Position numbers and translations under genes: made by a program. A stretch of DNA of 64,000 nt, from positions 391,148-455,147 of IMG/VR virus record IMGVR_UViG_3300015214_000024; one strand, given 5' to 3'. This stretch comes from a virus (lineage: Duplodnaviria; Heunggongvirae; Uroviricota; Caudoviricetes). This document shows, piece by piece, positions 28,781 through 38,029 of this stretch. Below the pieces are notes generated by a model. The model was not told the origin of the DNA. It was given only the letters and a program-made list of their open reading frames with translations, and did no database searches. The first letter of the stretch is position 1, and each line of letters begins with the position of its first letter.

Positions 28781-29590
28781 TTATTGTTGGCGTGGTGGGA
28801 TAGTAAATTCGTACTGTGCAATACCAGTTTCAATGGTAATTTTTAACATACCACGATCACTAAATCCAATGCTTAGTGTAGCATTTGATGCCAATTTAAG
28901 CAATTTATTAACCTGATTAATGTCCCAGGACCAAGTATTTTTTAATACACCTTGAACGTCTTGGTGGAATTCGATAGTTGATTCGTTTCCAACTTCACCC
29001 AAGTTAATGAACAAACTGTCATTACCATTTGATCCTTCTTGAATCTTGACTTAGAACACATCACCATTTGATACAGATACCATCTTGTCCAAATATTCAA
29101 TCGCAGCCGCAGTTGGCGTGAATTCCACTGCATAATCAACTGCTTTTGGTGAAAACTGTTGTGGGATCAAATTACGAGCAATAACTCGGAAATTGTTTTC
29201 CATCTTAAATGGCTTAGCTTTACTGAATACAAATTTCTCAATTGCATCTTCTTCAGTTTCTTCAAACTCAGGAGTTCCAGCAGAATCCAAAATTGGATTA
29301 CCATCAGCATCTTTCTTTTCAATACGTACCTTACGTGCTTTACGAGCAACAGTCACAACGTCTGCTGGATCTTGATACAAGTTCAATATTGACGCAAGAC
29401 GGTCCAAATTACCAATGCCGCTTACACCATCAAAGCTTTCATCTTCTGCCAACACGTTGCCCTTAAGGATAATGGTTCGACCATCATCAACGCCTTGGAA
29501 AGTAACCTTACCTTCCTCACCAGTAATCTTTACGGTACCGATGTCAGCAGCCCTAACAATCTTTACCAAATCTCTTAAAATATCACGCAT
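28781..29590 (-). CDS. Probable DNA sliding clamp (gp45/PCNA-like), interrupted by one in-frame TAA at 29051-29053
   Basis: ORFs 29051..29590 and 28781..29014 share a frame, joined by VKIQEGSNGNDS; about 269 codons in total; lies directly after polB; clamp-like C-terminus SDRGMLKITIETGIAQYEFTIP. Confidence 0.7.
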
Positions 29591-29654
29591 TAATTTTCTC
29601 CATTAATTCTTATCTATTATTAACACACTTAGACCAATTAAATCAATATTATTA

Positions 29655-32354
29655 TCAGTCAAACGAAAATAAATCTTCAAACGTTTCTTTAGATGCTTTA
29701 GTAGCACTAAAGTTATACCCAAGAACACCAAAAATATTGGATAACTTCTTGTCCAAGAGAGCCTCTTCCATTGCTTTATGGTCAAACGGAAGATCTTGGA
29801 ACCAGTCAGGAAGATGAGTTTGATCCACAGGATATGCAATACTCGTTAATCCTAATGGGTTGTCCATTAGTTTACAAACCATAACTTTCATACCATCAGT
29901 GATTTCATTACTATAATGATCGTCAAACCGCTTCTTCATATTATTCCAATTCATCGCAGCTCGAACGTGGCCAGGCATATTAACTTTGCCAGTTTGTTCT
30001 TCTCTTGCCACATATCCAGTAATACCATTTGCACCTTTTGGTGATCCCTTCTTCCAACCTGGCCATTCTCTAAATTCCATTCGGAAATTGTCAACGAATT
30101 CATAAATTTCTTCATCATCCGTACCATCCAGGACCTTCATCAAAACCTCAGTTAAGAAATTTTGAATGACCTTTGGGGTATCTGATCTCTTGATTTCAAT
30201 ACCAAGTGCCTTCAACTTACCAGGCTTACCATCAATATCAACACGCTTACCGTCAATATCATAGCATAGAGCTGCATATCTCTTCTTCTTAAGATACATA
30301 CCACGTTCAGCCAAAATTTCCCGGCCAGCAGCAATAATTGCTCCTCTTTCTAAGCTGGTATTAAACCTGAACCTCATAAATTCTGGGAAACTTTCGTTCA
30401 CCAAATCTGCAATATTGTCATAAAGCTCAGCAACAGTTTCCTTATTCCATTCATAATGATCTTTAAGCACAGGATATGCGCTAAAATAACAAGAGTCAGT
30501 ATCACCATAAACAATTGCCGGACCGTTGTGGTTATAATCACCAGCAATATATTCATTAATTTTACTCATCATATGGCGAGTAATATTACGCCCAGTCAAC
30601 GTTGTACTTTGACCCATTCTCTGATCATAATATCGGCAATATTGATTCAAAAGAGCACCATATAGTGAATTTAGAAGAATCTTCTTAATCAACTGACGCT
30701 TGTCATAGAATGCAATCTTTTCCTGGATTTCAGCTAACTCTTCCTTTGAAGCTTTACGATCGCGAGCCTTATCCATCTCTTTGATCCATTTCTTCATTTC
30801 AGCTTGAAGTTGCTTACGCTCAGCATACCATCGAGCTAATAGCCCCGGTATGATACCATCACTATCAGTTCTAAACAATGTACCGTTAGCTGATATACAC
30901 ATTCCTGAATCAGGAGCAAATATTGTTTCATACCATTCACGGGCAGACTGTGTTATCGTTTGACCGTTTTCCAATTCAACTGTCAAAATTGTTGTAGTGC
31001 ATTCCATCACTTCTTCAAATTCAATCACATTGAATAATTCACCCCAAGCATCAGACAATGTCGCATTTTTATTTGATGCAATATAATTCCTAATGAACTG
31101 TTCAGTAAGGGGAAGTTGGAATTGACCAATAATGGTTTCAGGACTGATATTTAGGGCTCGAATCGCTGACGGATACAGTGAGTTAATATCAACTGACCCA
31201 ATCCATTGGTGCATACCTACTCTTGGATCTGCAACATAAGCACCAGCAACTGATTCACCAGATTCGCCTTCTTTTCGGCCCTTCTTTCTTGGAGCGACCA
31301 AGCCCTTACTATGAACTTCAATATTAATTGCTTGCTCAATAAGCGCCACAGAACCTGACGTTTTTGTGATCAAAACAGTGTTTTCGTGAGCCAATTGATT
31401 TGAAAGATCAATATATTGGTTCTTGGCGTCAATTTTTACAATAAGCATAACGTCCTGTCTGTTATATTCAACAAACGTTTTGAAATCTTTTTTGTAAAGT
31501 TGATCTAACGAACCTTCATAAGCCGTTTTACGTTCTTTAACCTCAACTTCGCCCACGTTATCCAAGGAATAACTGTGAAGCTCATTATAGGTGTATTTTT
31601 TATACAGATCCAAATAATCTAAATGTATTCGACCGACTAATTCATATGTTAGTTGAGTCTTACCATACATTTCAAATCGACGTTCGCTTGGATATTGGTT
31701 CCAAAGACAAAAACGTTTAGTTTTTTCTTTCTTAGAAACAAATTCAATTCGCTTAATAATGTATGGAATATCGAATGTAGTTGAGTTCCACCCAGTTAAA
31801 ACGTCAGCATCTTCAATCGCAGTAAAAAAGTGATCAAAAAGTTCATCTTCTGTTTTACAAAGAATAGTATCCTCAAATTGATCAGTGATCTTTTTTGCTT
31901 CCATAAAAGTCAATGTCGGTGGACCAATGACGTATGTTAATAGTTTACCAGTCCAATTCTGGTAAACAGTTATTGCAGTAATTTTGCCGTGAGGATCTTC
32001 TGGTGAACTAAAACCACGCTTTGGATCAAAGTCCACCTCAATATCGAGGAATCCAATGTTTAGATTTGGTGCTTCACAACCTAAGTAATTTTCTTCTAAA
32101 TGTCGTGTAATCGCGTCATAGTCATCTTCAAATAAGTTATATTCAGATACTGATTGGCGCTCTTTTTGGAATTCTTTATAATTATTTGATTCGTATTTGA
32201 TTAATTTATCACCATACATTGAATCAAAAGAACCCTTTTTACTCTTTGCGTAAAAGCGATATAATGCTGGTGTTTTTTTGAAAATTCGTTGACCATTAAT
32301 TCTTTCAACGACGTGTAGGGTATCTGCGATTTTAATCGCATCGACATAAGTCAT
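29655..32354 (-). CDS. Family B DNA polymerase (T4 gp43-like)
   Basis: Exo motifs DIEVD, GWN...FDIPY, YN..DV; polymerase motifs D.NSLYPS, K...NSLYG, YGDTDS, KKRY. Confidence 0.97.
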   Translation of the reverse strand: MTYVDAIKIADTLHVVERINGQRIFKKTPALYRFYAKSKKGSFDSMYGDKLIKYESNNYKEFQKERQSVSEYNLFEDDYDAITRHLEENYLGCEAPNLNIGFLDIEVDFDPKRGFSSPEDPHGKITAITVYQNWTGKLLTYVIGPPTLTFMEAKKITDQFEDTILCKTEDELFDHFFTAIEDADVLTGWNSTTFDIPYIIKRIEFVSKKEKTKRFCLWNQYPSERRFEMYGKTQLTYELVGRIHLDYLDLYKKYTYNELHSYSLDNVGEVEVKERKTAYEGSLDQLYKKDFKTFVEYNRQDVMLIVKIDAKNQYIDLSNQLAHENTVLITKTSGSVALIEQAINIEVHSKGLVAPRKKGRKEGESGESVAGAYVADPRVGMHQWIGSVDINSLYPSAIRALNISPETIIGQFQLPLTEQFIRNYIASNKNATLSDAWGELFNVIEFEEVMECTTTILTVELENGQTITQSAREWYETIFAPDSGMCISANGTLFRTDSDGIIPGLLARWYAERKQLQAEMKKWIKEMDKARDRKASKEELAEIQEKIAFYDKRQLIKKILLNSLYGALLNQYCRYYDQRMGQSTTLTGRNITRHMMSKINEYIAGDYNHNGPAIVYGDTDSCYFSAYPVLKDHYEWNKETVAELYDNIADLVNESFPEFMRFRFNTSLERGAIIAAGREILAERGMYLKKKRYAALCYDIDGKRVDIDGKPGKLKALGIEIKRSDTPKVIQNFLTEVLMKVLDGTDDEEIYEFVDNFRMEFREWPGWKKGSPKGANGITGYVAREEQTGKVNMPGHVRAAMNWNNMKKRFDDHYSNEITDGMKVMVCKLMDNPLGLTSIAYPVDQTHLPDWFQDLPFDHKAMEEALLDKKLSNIFGVLGYNFSATKASKETFEDLFSFD

Positions 32355-32375
32355 ATTATTATTATCTCCACTTTT

Positions 32376-32390
32376 GCCTGGATATTAGGC
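32376..32390 (-). promoter_or_regulatory. Putative autogenous translational operator hairpin of the polymerase mRNA
   Basis: GCCT-AATATCC-AGGC just 5' of the GGAG SD. Confidence 0.55.
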
Positions 32391-32460
32391 TTTCTTTGTC
32401 ACGGTTATTTTAAGCGCATAACCAACGCAATGTATTTACATTAGTTTCTTGTAGACATTT

Positions 32461-32479
32461 AATGGGGAATTACCCCATT
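32461..32479. terminator. Hairpin after the DsbA-like gene
   Basis: AATGGGG-aatta-CCCCATT. Confidence 0.45.
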
Positions 32480-32744
32480 AAATAATGCCAGCAGCGTGAA
32501 GCAATTGATCAACAGTTGATTGCTTCTCTTCACGAGCCTGAATAGCATCTTCTTTTTGTTGCTTATAACCAAGCTTGATGGCTTCATTGATTTCGGCTGG
32601 TTTAACTTGAAGTTCTTCAGCCAAATTCTTCACAGCATCCTTCAAGGAACCCTTTAAGGTTTCAATTTCTTCCAAAGTGTCAATGCCGGCGTTAATGATA
32701 CTCTTGACCTTAGTCTTTTGAGTGTCAGAAATATTTAGAGTCAT
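32478..32744 (-). CDS. T4 DsbA-like double-stranded DNA-binding protein
   Basis: EIETLK..LKD.VK.LAEEL.VKP..IN.AIK; upstream of polB; GGAG SD. Confidence 0.6.
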   Translation of the reverse strand: MTLNISDTQKTKVKSIINAGIDTLEEIETLKGSLKDAVKNLAEELQVKPAEINEAIKLGYKQQKEDAIQAREEKQSTVDQLLHAAGII

Positions 32745-32784
32745 TATTATCTCCATTTATGTTATAGACAAAATATACAGTATT

Positions 32785-32952
32785 TTATTCAAAAATGTCA
32801 AAATCTATTCTTGTGTTTCCTAATTTTTTAGTCAGATTTTCAAACATCGCTATAGTGTCTCTTGCCAAATTCAAGAGCTCGATTTCTTTTCGAATTTTAT
32901 CAAACGTTGCATCAAGGTGATCCAAATCTACGTGATAAAATTTTGAAAGCAT
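32785..32952 (-). CDS. Small hypothetical protein (55 aa; not in the ORF track)
   Basis: TAATG coupling to the ligase stop; MLSKFYHVDLDHLDATFDKIRKEIELL... Confidence 0.55.
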   Translation of the reverse strand: MLSKFYHVDLDHLDATFDKIRKEIELLNLARDTIAMFENLTKKLGNTRIDFDIFE

Positions 32953-34310
32953 TAGATTTTACCCTGCCCTAAAGAACGGAATCGTTTAAATCGAGGAAAA
33001 CGGAGTGACCAAGTATCACCATCCTTATTCTTAGTAATCATATCAAATTCAATTTCAACAATCTCACCAATAAGCTCGCCACGCCGATCCCAAAAATCCT
33101 TCAGCATCTCATCAGTAAAACCAGTACCAACGTTTGATTTGATAGGCTTACCATCAAATTCGCCCGAAACTACCAAGTTGCCCATAACGCCGTCACGTTT
33201 CTTACCTTCTTTACCAGGTTCAATGTCGATAATTTGAAGATCGGCTGATTCACTTGGCTTCCATTTTAGCCAAGACTGTGACCGCTTACATTCATAAACA
33301 GCATCAACGTCCTTGACCATAATTCCTTCATAACCAAGAGCAACCATTTCATTATAAAATTCAGTCATTTTCTCAACACCTTCATCAGTGTCAAGATCCA
33401 CATATAATTTGCTGACTACTGAAAGTGCTCCGTTACTAATTTGAGTGAAAGTTGGTTCAAGATCAGCTAATATTTCGTGCCGATCTCTAAGTCCCATAAT
33501 AGACTTGCCGTTAAAAAATTCTCCCATAGGAACAATATCAAACATAGCATAATACGCAGCGCTTGTATCTACGTCATATTTTCTATTAGCTTGGGTCATC
33601 AATTCCTGAAAAGTTGCAGAAACCATTTCCCCATCAATCATAAGTGATAGTGGTGATTGTGATAGAAATTCTTTTAGATATTTTTCAATATGAGGAAAAT
33701 TTTCATTCCTGATACCATTACGAGTATAAAGTTCAACAGTATCGTTATCCTTATCCAAAATGGCGGTAATACGAATCCCATCAAGTTTTGGATCAATTGC
33801 CTTCTTGCCCTTCATCTTCTTTGGATGCTTTTTAGAGTCATCAGCTAATTGAACTGACCAAACAGGAATTAGATACTTTAAACAATCACCACCGACTTCA
33901 ATTAGCACTTTATTTACGGTAGTTTCAGTGACCCCGCAACGCATATCTTTAGCCAAGATATTACGATAAAATGAGTTCCAATCAACAATACAAGACTTTT
34001 CAGCAGCTTCCATAACTGCATCTCTAGCAGCGTTTCCAGTCAATTCTCGACTAGCTAATTTTTCAGCCAATTGGCAGAAATCGATCCAAGAAAACTTGCC
34101 GTCCTCTTGAAGTTCTTGATCAGTAAATCCAGCTTCATCAATCAAAGGGAGTTTTTTAATACCAAAAACTCGACGTGAATCATATGCTAACTTAAAAGCT
34201 TCAAACAGTTCAAAGCATCCTTCAACAGCCGCTTTGCGTAGAATGACTTTCTTTTCATTACTACCTGAGGTTTGTTTTAATTTTTGAATATATTTTGTTG
34301 CTCGAAGCAT
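32952..34310 (-). CDS. ATP-dependent DNA ligase
   Basis: KLDG.R, DGE, FDI, EGIMVK, WLKWK, VGTGF, LRFPRF. Confidence 0.96.
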   Translation of the reverse strand: MLRATKYIQKLKQTSGSNEKKVILRKAAVEGCFELFEAFKLAYDSRRVFGIKKLPLIDEAGFTDQELQEDGKFSWIDFCQLAEKLASRELTGNAARDAVMEAAEKSCIVDWNSFYRNILAKDMRCGVTETTVNKVLIEVGGDCLKYLIPVWSVQLADDSKKHPKKMKGKKAIDPKLDGIRITAILDKDNDTVELYTRNGIRNENFPHIEKYLKEFLSQSPLSLMIDGEMVSATFQELMTQANRKYDVDTSAAYYAMFDIVPMGEFFNGKSIMGLRDRHEILADLEPTFTQISNGALSVVSKLYVDLDTDEGVEKMTEFYNEMVALGYEGIMVKDVDAVYECKRSQSWLKWKPSESADLQIIDIEPGKEGKKRDGVMGNLVVSGEFDGKPIKSNVGTGFTDEMLKDFWDRRGELIGEIVEIEFDMITKNKDGDTWSLRFPRFKRFRSLGQGKI

Positions 34311-34522
34311 TATACTTTTCTTCCCATTACGGCTAAATCATTTTTGATAGTATCATCAGACATATATTGATATCCGCCCTTATTATAAGCAACTGTCACA
34401 CGCTTAGCTTTTCTCCGGGCTTCCTGAATTGCTTCTTTTCGACCACATTCCAAACAAGTATCGTATCCAAGAGCTAATCTCTTGTCCGAATACTCATCAT
34501 CACACTCAATACAAAATGCCAT
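34310..34522 (-). CDS. Small C4 zinc-finger protein (DksA/TraR finger-like)
   Basis: CIEC...KRL....TCLEC. Confidence 0.6.
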   Translation of the reverse strand: MAFCIECDDEYSDKRLALGYDTCLECGRKEAIQEARRKAKRVTVAYNKGGYQYMSDDTIKNDLAVMGRKV

Positions 34523-34543
34523 ATTCCTACCTTTCTTAGGCTC

Positions 34544-34572
34544 AGAATAACACCATTGCGATTTTTAGTCAA
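34544..34572 (-). promoter_or_regulatory. Sigma70-like promoter for the Zn-finger/ligase genes
   Basis: TTGACT-17 nt-TATTCT with extended -10 TG. Confidence 0.55.
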
Positions 34573-34578
34573 TGAAAT

Positions 34579-35145
34579 TTATTTTTTAGTGATTTTAAAT
34601 CCGTTATCTTGGAGTACCTTAATCAGGTCTTTAATAACTTTAGGTTTGATGTCTCTTTCAGATTCATCTAATTGTGACCATTCTTTGATCAATGGGTGAG
34701 TTTTGTCTTCATCATTTCTCATTTCACCATAGCGCCATCCATTTTGGCGGCGTTCGTTCAGCCAATCTTCGTGAAGAACTTTAGCAAATTGCTCAGCTAA
34801 CGAGGAATAATCATCATTTGAGACGTAATTGTCAAATAAATCTTTGTTTTCAATTAAGCTTGATTCAAGGATAAAATTACCCATATGTAATGTTTTAGAT
34901 AGTTTATTAGCCAGGTCATCCATTTGGTGTTCTGTAGGACATTCCTTTAAAGGAATGATATACCAATGTTCGCCATCTAACACTTTATGAAACATTTTAG
35001 TTTTTGTTGGCTCACCGTCATCATTAGTAGTTTTAATTACTGCAATAATATCTGGTAACATATCAGCCACGACTGAATAGAATAAAGCTCTGGATTCTTT
35101 ATTCATTTCTTTAGTGTTAATCTTTACAAAATGTTTCAGTTTCAT
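34579..35145 (-). CDS. RyR-domain protein
   Basis: A...HE.W...R...GW.YG..R.D..KTHP.I..W..L.E.E. Confidence 0.85.
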   Translation of the reverse strand: MKLKHFVKINTKEMNKESRALFYSVVADMLPDIIAVIKTTNDDGEPTKTKMFHKVLDGEHWYIIPLKECPTEHQMDDLANKLSKTLHMGNFILESSLIENKDLFDNYVSNDDYSSLAEQFAKVLHEDWLNERRQNGWRYGEMRNDEDKTHPLIKEWSQLDESERDIKPKVIKDLIKVLQDNGFKITKK

Positions 35146-35537
35146 TCGCTTATCCCATAATCACTAAGTTTAGGCCAAACAACATCTTCTGGGTTTTCAT
35201 ACGTTTGTGGCATATCACGCAATGCTTTACGATAATTTGCATACTTGACTTTCAAATCATCTGGAACGTCAGACAACTGCGTCCAATCAGTGCCATTCAA
35301 TAGGCCATTTCTTGCAATTCTGATTGAGAACCAATCTTGGTATATTTCAGCAGGCTTGAACGTAACCTTACCTTCATTCACATATGGAATAAGGTCTTTA
35401 GTATGGATCATTTCGTTATAAGAAAGATACTCTGCTTTGGTCACTTCTACTGTTGGCGATGGAATATCATTATGAAACTCATCATCATACCACCCCATAA
35501 ACTTTCCAGTTTCTTCGTTGTAATGTAAATATATCAT
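35142..35537 (-). CDS. Tail fibre assembly chaperone (paralogue of 14361..14741)
   Basis: MIYLHY.E..GKF.GW.DD...W..IR..RN.LL..TDWTQL.DV; start ATG 35537. Confidence 0.85.
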   Translation of the reverse strand: MIYLHYNEETGKFMGWYDDEFHNDIPSPTVEVTKAEYLSYNEMIHTKDLIPYVNEGKVTFKPAEIYQDWFSIRIARNGLLNGTDWTQLSDVPDDLKVKYANYRKALRDMPQTYENPEDVVWPKLSDYGISE

Positions 35538-35539
35538 TT

Positions 35540-37162
35540 TTAAAATCCAACTGCTATCCAATAAATCCCAAGATTTCCTCGGGTTCTAAGCTGCCAATAT
35601 GAAGAAGCTACATAATAAACACCAGCAACGTCATCAACAGAGTCATTGTTTGGGTTCATTGTACTACCAATAGCCACGCTTAAGACTGCATTTGGCCAAG
35701 AGGTGTTCCAATATACTGTTTTGATGCCGCCGCTTCCAGACTGATATCTTCCCCATTGTATCATTAAATCACCATTGAATCGGGCGTATCCGTTACCAGA
35801 AAATGTTGGTGCAGACTGGAAAGCACCTGATGAATTAATGTAAAGAGTATGTCCACTCATTTCAGTAGTCACACCACTACCTGGTTTACCAATAACTTGT
35901 AAGGTATCCGGAGTAAAGCCAGCATCAACATAACCACTGTTGGCTGTAACTCTACCAAAAGCGCCCGGTGGCGTAAATGGTGATATACCAGTAATAATAC
36001 CGTGCTGATTTACTGAATATGTGGCATATTGATTCGTGCCGCCACCGTGCCTTACTGGCAAATCATAATTAATGTTTGTTGCCGATGTACCATTAATAGC
36101 AATAGTGCCACCCGAGCTGGTCATACTAATGCTTGACTTGTTAGATATATCTGTACCACTCGGTACGTTTATTGATAAGCCAGCTGACCCATTTGAAGCT
36201 GAAGTGATTCGACCGGTAGCATCAACAGTAATATTTGCACTAGAATATGATCCAGGAGCAACGCCAGAATTTCTGATTGAAAAAGTTATACCAGCACCGG
36301 GGCCTGAATCTGGATCATATCCACTCAAATCTAGACCTTGACCAGCAGTAAGTATCAAATAATCATTCCAAACAACAGGAACCGCTGTTGTATTATTAGA
36401 TGAACCACCAGAAGTAGCATTAACTCTAAATGTTTGGAACATACTATTATCGCTAATATTTGTAATAATTCCTTTGGAGTTAACTGTTACAATTGAATTT
36501 CGATAAGTTCCAGCAGTTATCGACTGTGTTGGCAAATCTAAAGATATAGTACCTGATGTAGTAATTGGCGATCCGGAAACTGAAATCGATGATCCTGGAG
36601 AGTTAACTGCTATACTAGTAACACCAGTCGAGGTTGAGTTACGCCATTTTCCACTAACATATTTTAGTATCTGGCCTTCAGATGGGCTACTAATGACAAC
36701 GTCGCCTAAAGAGCCAGCTAATGTTAATGATCCAGCAGTTCCTGCTATAGCATTATCAACATATGTTTTATTTGTCAAATCATCACCAGCCGTCGGAACA
36801 AAGCTAGTTTTGACTCGCATTGGCGTTCCGTCTGACCAAGTAGCAGTCCAGGCTTGTGTTGCTTCCACATATCTTAAAGTAGCATAATTGCCAGCTCGAG
36901 CAACTTCAATACCAGACTGGTCTGGATTAGTTTGACCATTGGCCATTTTATTTAATGTAATGACTTTATCTTCAACTTGTACTTCGTGAACAGCCAGCTG
37001 GGTTAAATTACCATAAACGTTCAAGTTGGCATTAATATTAAGAACGTCATTAAGTTTATCATATTCAATAGTGGCATAGTTTGTATGGGCCACACCTTGT
37101 TCACCAATGGCTAATTTATCAACCAAAGCACCATTTTTAAATACTCTATTATAATCTGCCAT
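35540..37162 (-). CDS. Tail fibre / receptor-binding protein (C-terminus paralogous to 12413..14359)
   Basis: VEDK.ITLN, GSY....ITVD..GRIT repeats; C-terminal MIQWG...NNDS.DDVAGV...RTRG....YW.A.G. Confidence 0.85.
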   Translation of the reverse strand: MADYNRVFKNGALVDKLAIGEQGVAHTNYATIEYDKLNDVLNINANLNVYGNLTQLAVHEVQVEDKVITLNKMANGQTNPDQSGIEVARAGNYATLRYVEATQAWTATWSDGTPMRVKTSFVPTAGDDLTNKTYVDNAIAGTAGSLTLAGSLGDVVISSPSEGQILKYVSGKWRNSTSTGVTSIAVNSPGSSISVSGSPITTSGTISLDLPTQSITAGTYRNSIVTVNSKGIITNISDNSMFQTFRVNATSGGSSNNTTAVPVVWNDYLILTAGQGLDLSGYDPDSGPGAGITFSIRNSGVAPGSYSSANITVDATGRITSASNGSAGLSINVPSGTDISNKSSISMTSSGGTIAINGTSATNINYDLPVRHGGGTNQYATYSVNQHGIITGISPFTPPGAFGRVTANSGYVDAGFTPDTLQVIGKPGSGVTTEMSGHTLYINSSGAFQSAPTFSGNGYARFNGDLMIQWGRYQSGSGGIKTVYWNTSWPNAVLSVAIGSTMNPNNDSVDDVAGVYYVASSYWQLRTRGNLGIYWIAVGF

Positions 37163-37968
37163 CAGAAGCTATCCCATTTCCTAATACTAAATTTACCAGT
37201 TATATTTACACCAGTATTGGTAGTTGTGTATGTTACAATAACATTACCACTTGACACATTTACACCAAATGTGACTCCTATGTCTACAGTTTGAGCAGTA
37301 GCTCTTTCTGCAATGTTAGCAGTTGTGGTGCTATTCGCAACAGTTAGAGTACCAACTCTGAAATTAGTGCCGCGTTTTAATATATAATCAACCAACATAC
37401 CGCTGGTTGCAGAAGCCGAATAAGTTAAGCCGCCTCCGACGGCAACATTAGTCGCTGCATTATTCAAAGTTAATGTTTGTGTTGGCTGGGCTGCTAAGGC
37501 AGCATTCGCACCAACAAATGATATCGATGCTGCTGAAATTGATCCAGTAACAGTCAAGTTGCCAGTTACAGTTTCACCAGTAGTGGTCCAAAGATGGCGC
37601 TGGGCATTTGAAATTACTAATGCTAATTGATTTGGATTTGGTCTATAAAAACCTGTAGTCTTTTCATTACTAAATGAAATACCTGGTGCGCTTAGGGTGC
37701 CATCAAGTGCCAATTGGCCAACGCCCTTCCATTCTAACGTAGCTTCTGAATAAACTTCAAGCCCTTTAGTGTCAGTATTAAAGCGTAAATAACCATTCTG
37801 GCCAGCAGTATTCCGTTGAGCTGTAGTTCCTGCTGGCAATTTCAATGATCCAGTGGAGTTTGATGACCAAGTATGGTCTCCATTATTTTTAGACAGAATT
37901 ACTGACCCTTCCGTTGCGGCGAGGCCAGTAATATCCGTTATACTAATTTGATTTGGATTAATTCCCAT
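37162..37968 (-). CDS. Virion structural protein
   Basis: LKLPAGTTAQR...G.LRFNT...LEVY...W; GT.SAPGISF. Confidence 0.7.
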   Translation of the reverse strand: MGINPNQISITDITGLAATEGSVILSKNNGDHTWSSNSTGSLKLPAGTTAQRNTAGQNGYLRFNTDTKGLEVYSEATLEWKGVGQLALDGTLSAPGISFSNEKTTGFYRPNPNQLALVISNAQRHLWTTTGETVTGNLTVTGSISAASISFVGANAALAAQPTQTLTLNNAATNVAVGGGLTYSASATSGMLVDYILKRGTNFRVGTLTVANSTTTANIAERATAQTVDIGVTFGVNVSSGNVIVTYTTTNTGVNITGKFSIRKWDSF

Positions 37969-37973
37969 AATTC

Positions 37974-38016
37974 AAGGTCCCTGATTTCAATAATATTTAT
38001 TAGAACCAGGGACCTT
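37974..38016 (-). promoter_or_regulatory. Late promoter (AATAAATA 37994-38001) inside a 10-bp inverted repeat whose 3' arm holds the SD
   Basis: AAGGTCCCTG ... CAGGGACCTT-gaatt-ATG. Confidence 0.7.
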
Positions 38017-38029
38017 TAAATTAAAGTTA

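Noticed and set aside
29051-29053. Genome-wide stop-codon reassignment
   Set aside because: TAA, TAG and TGA all end well-defined genes, and long genes are uninterrupted.
14100-35800. Invertase-driven fibre shufflon
   Set aside because: No recombinase or identical crossover sites; the tips are similar mainly at protein level.
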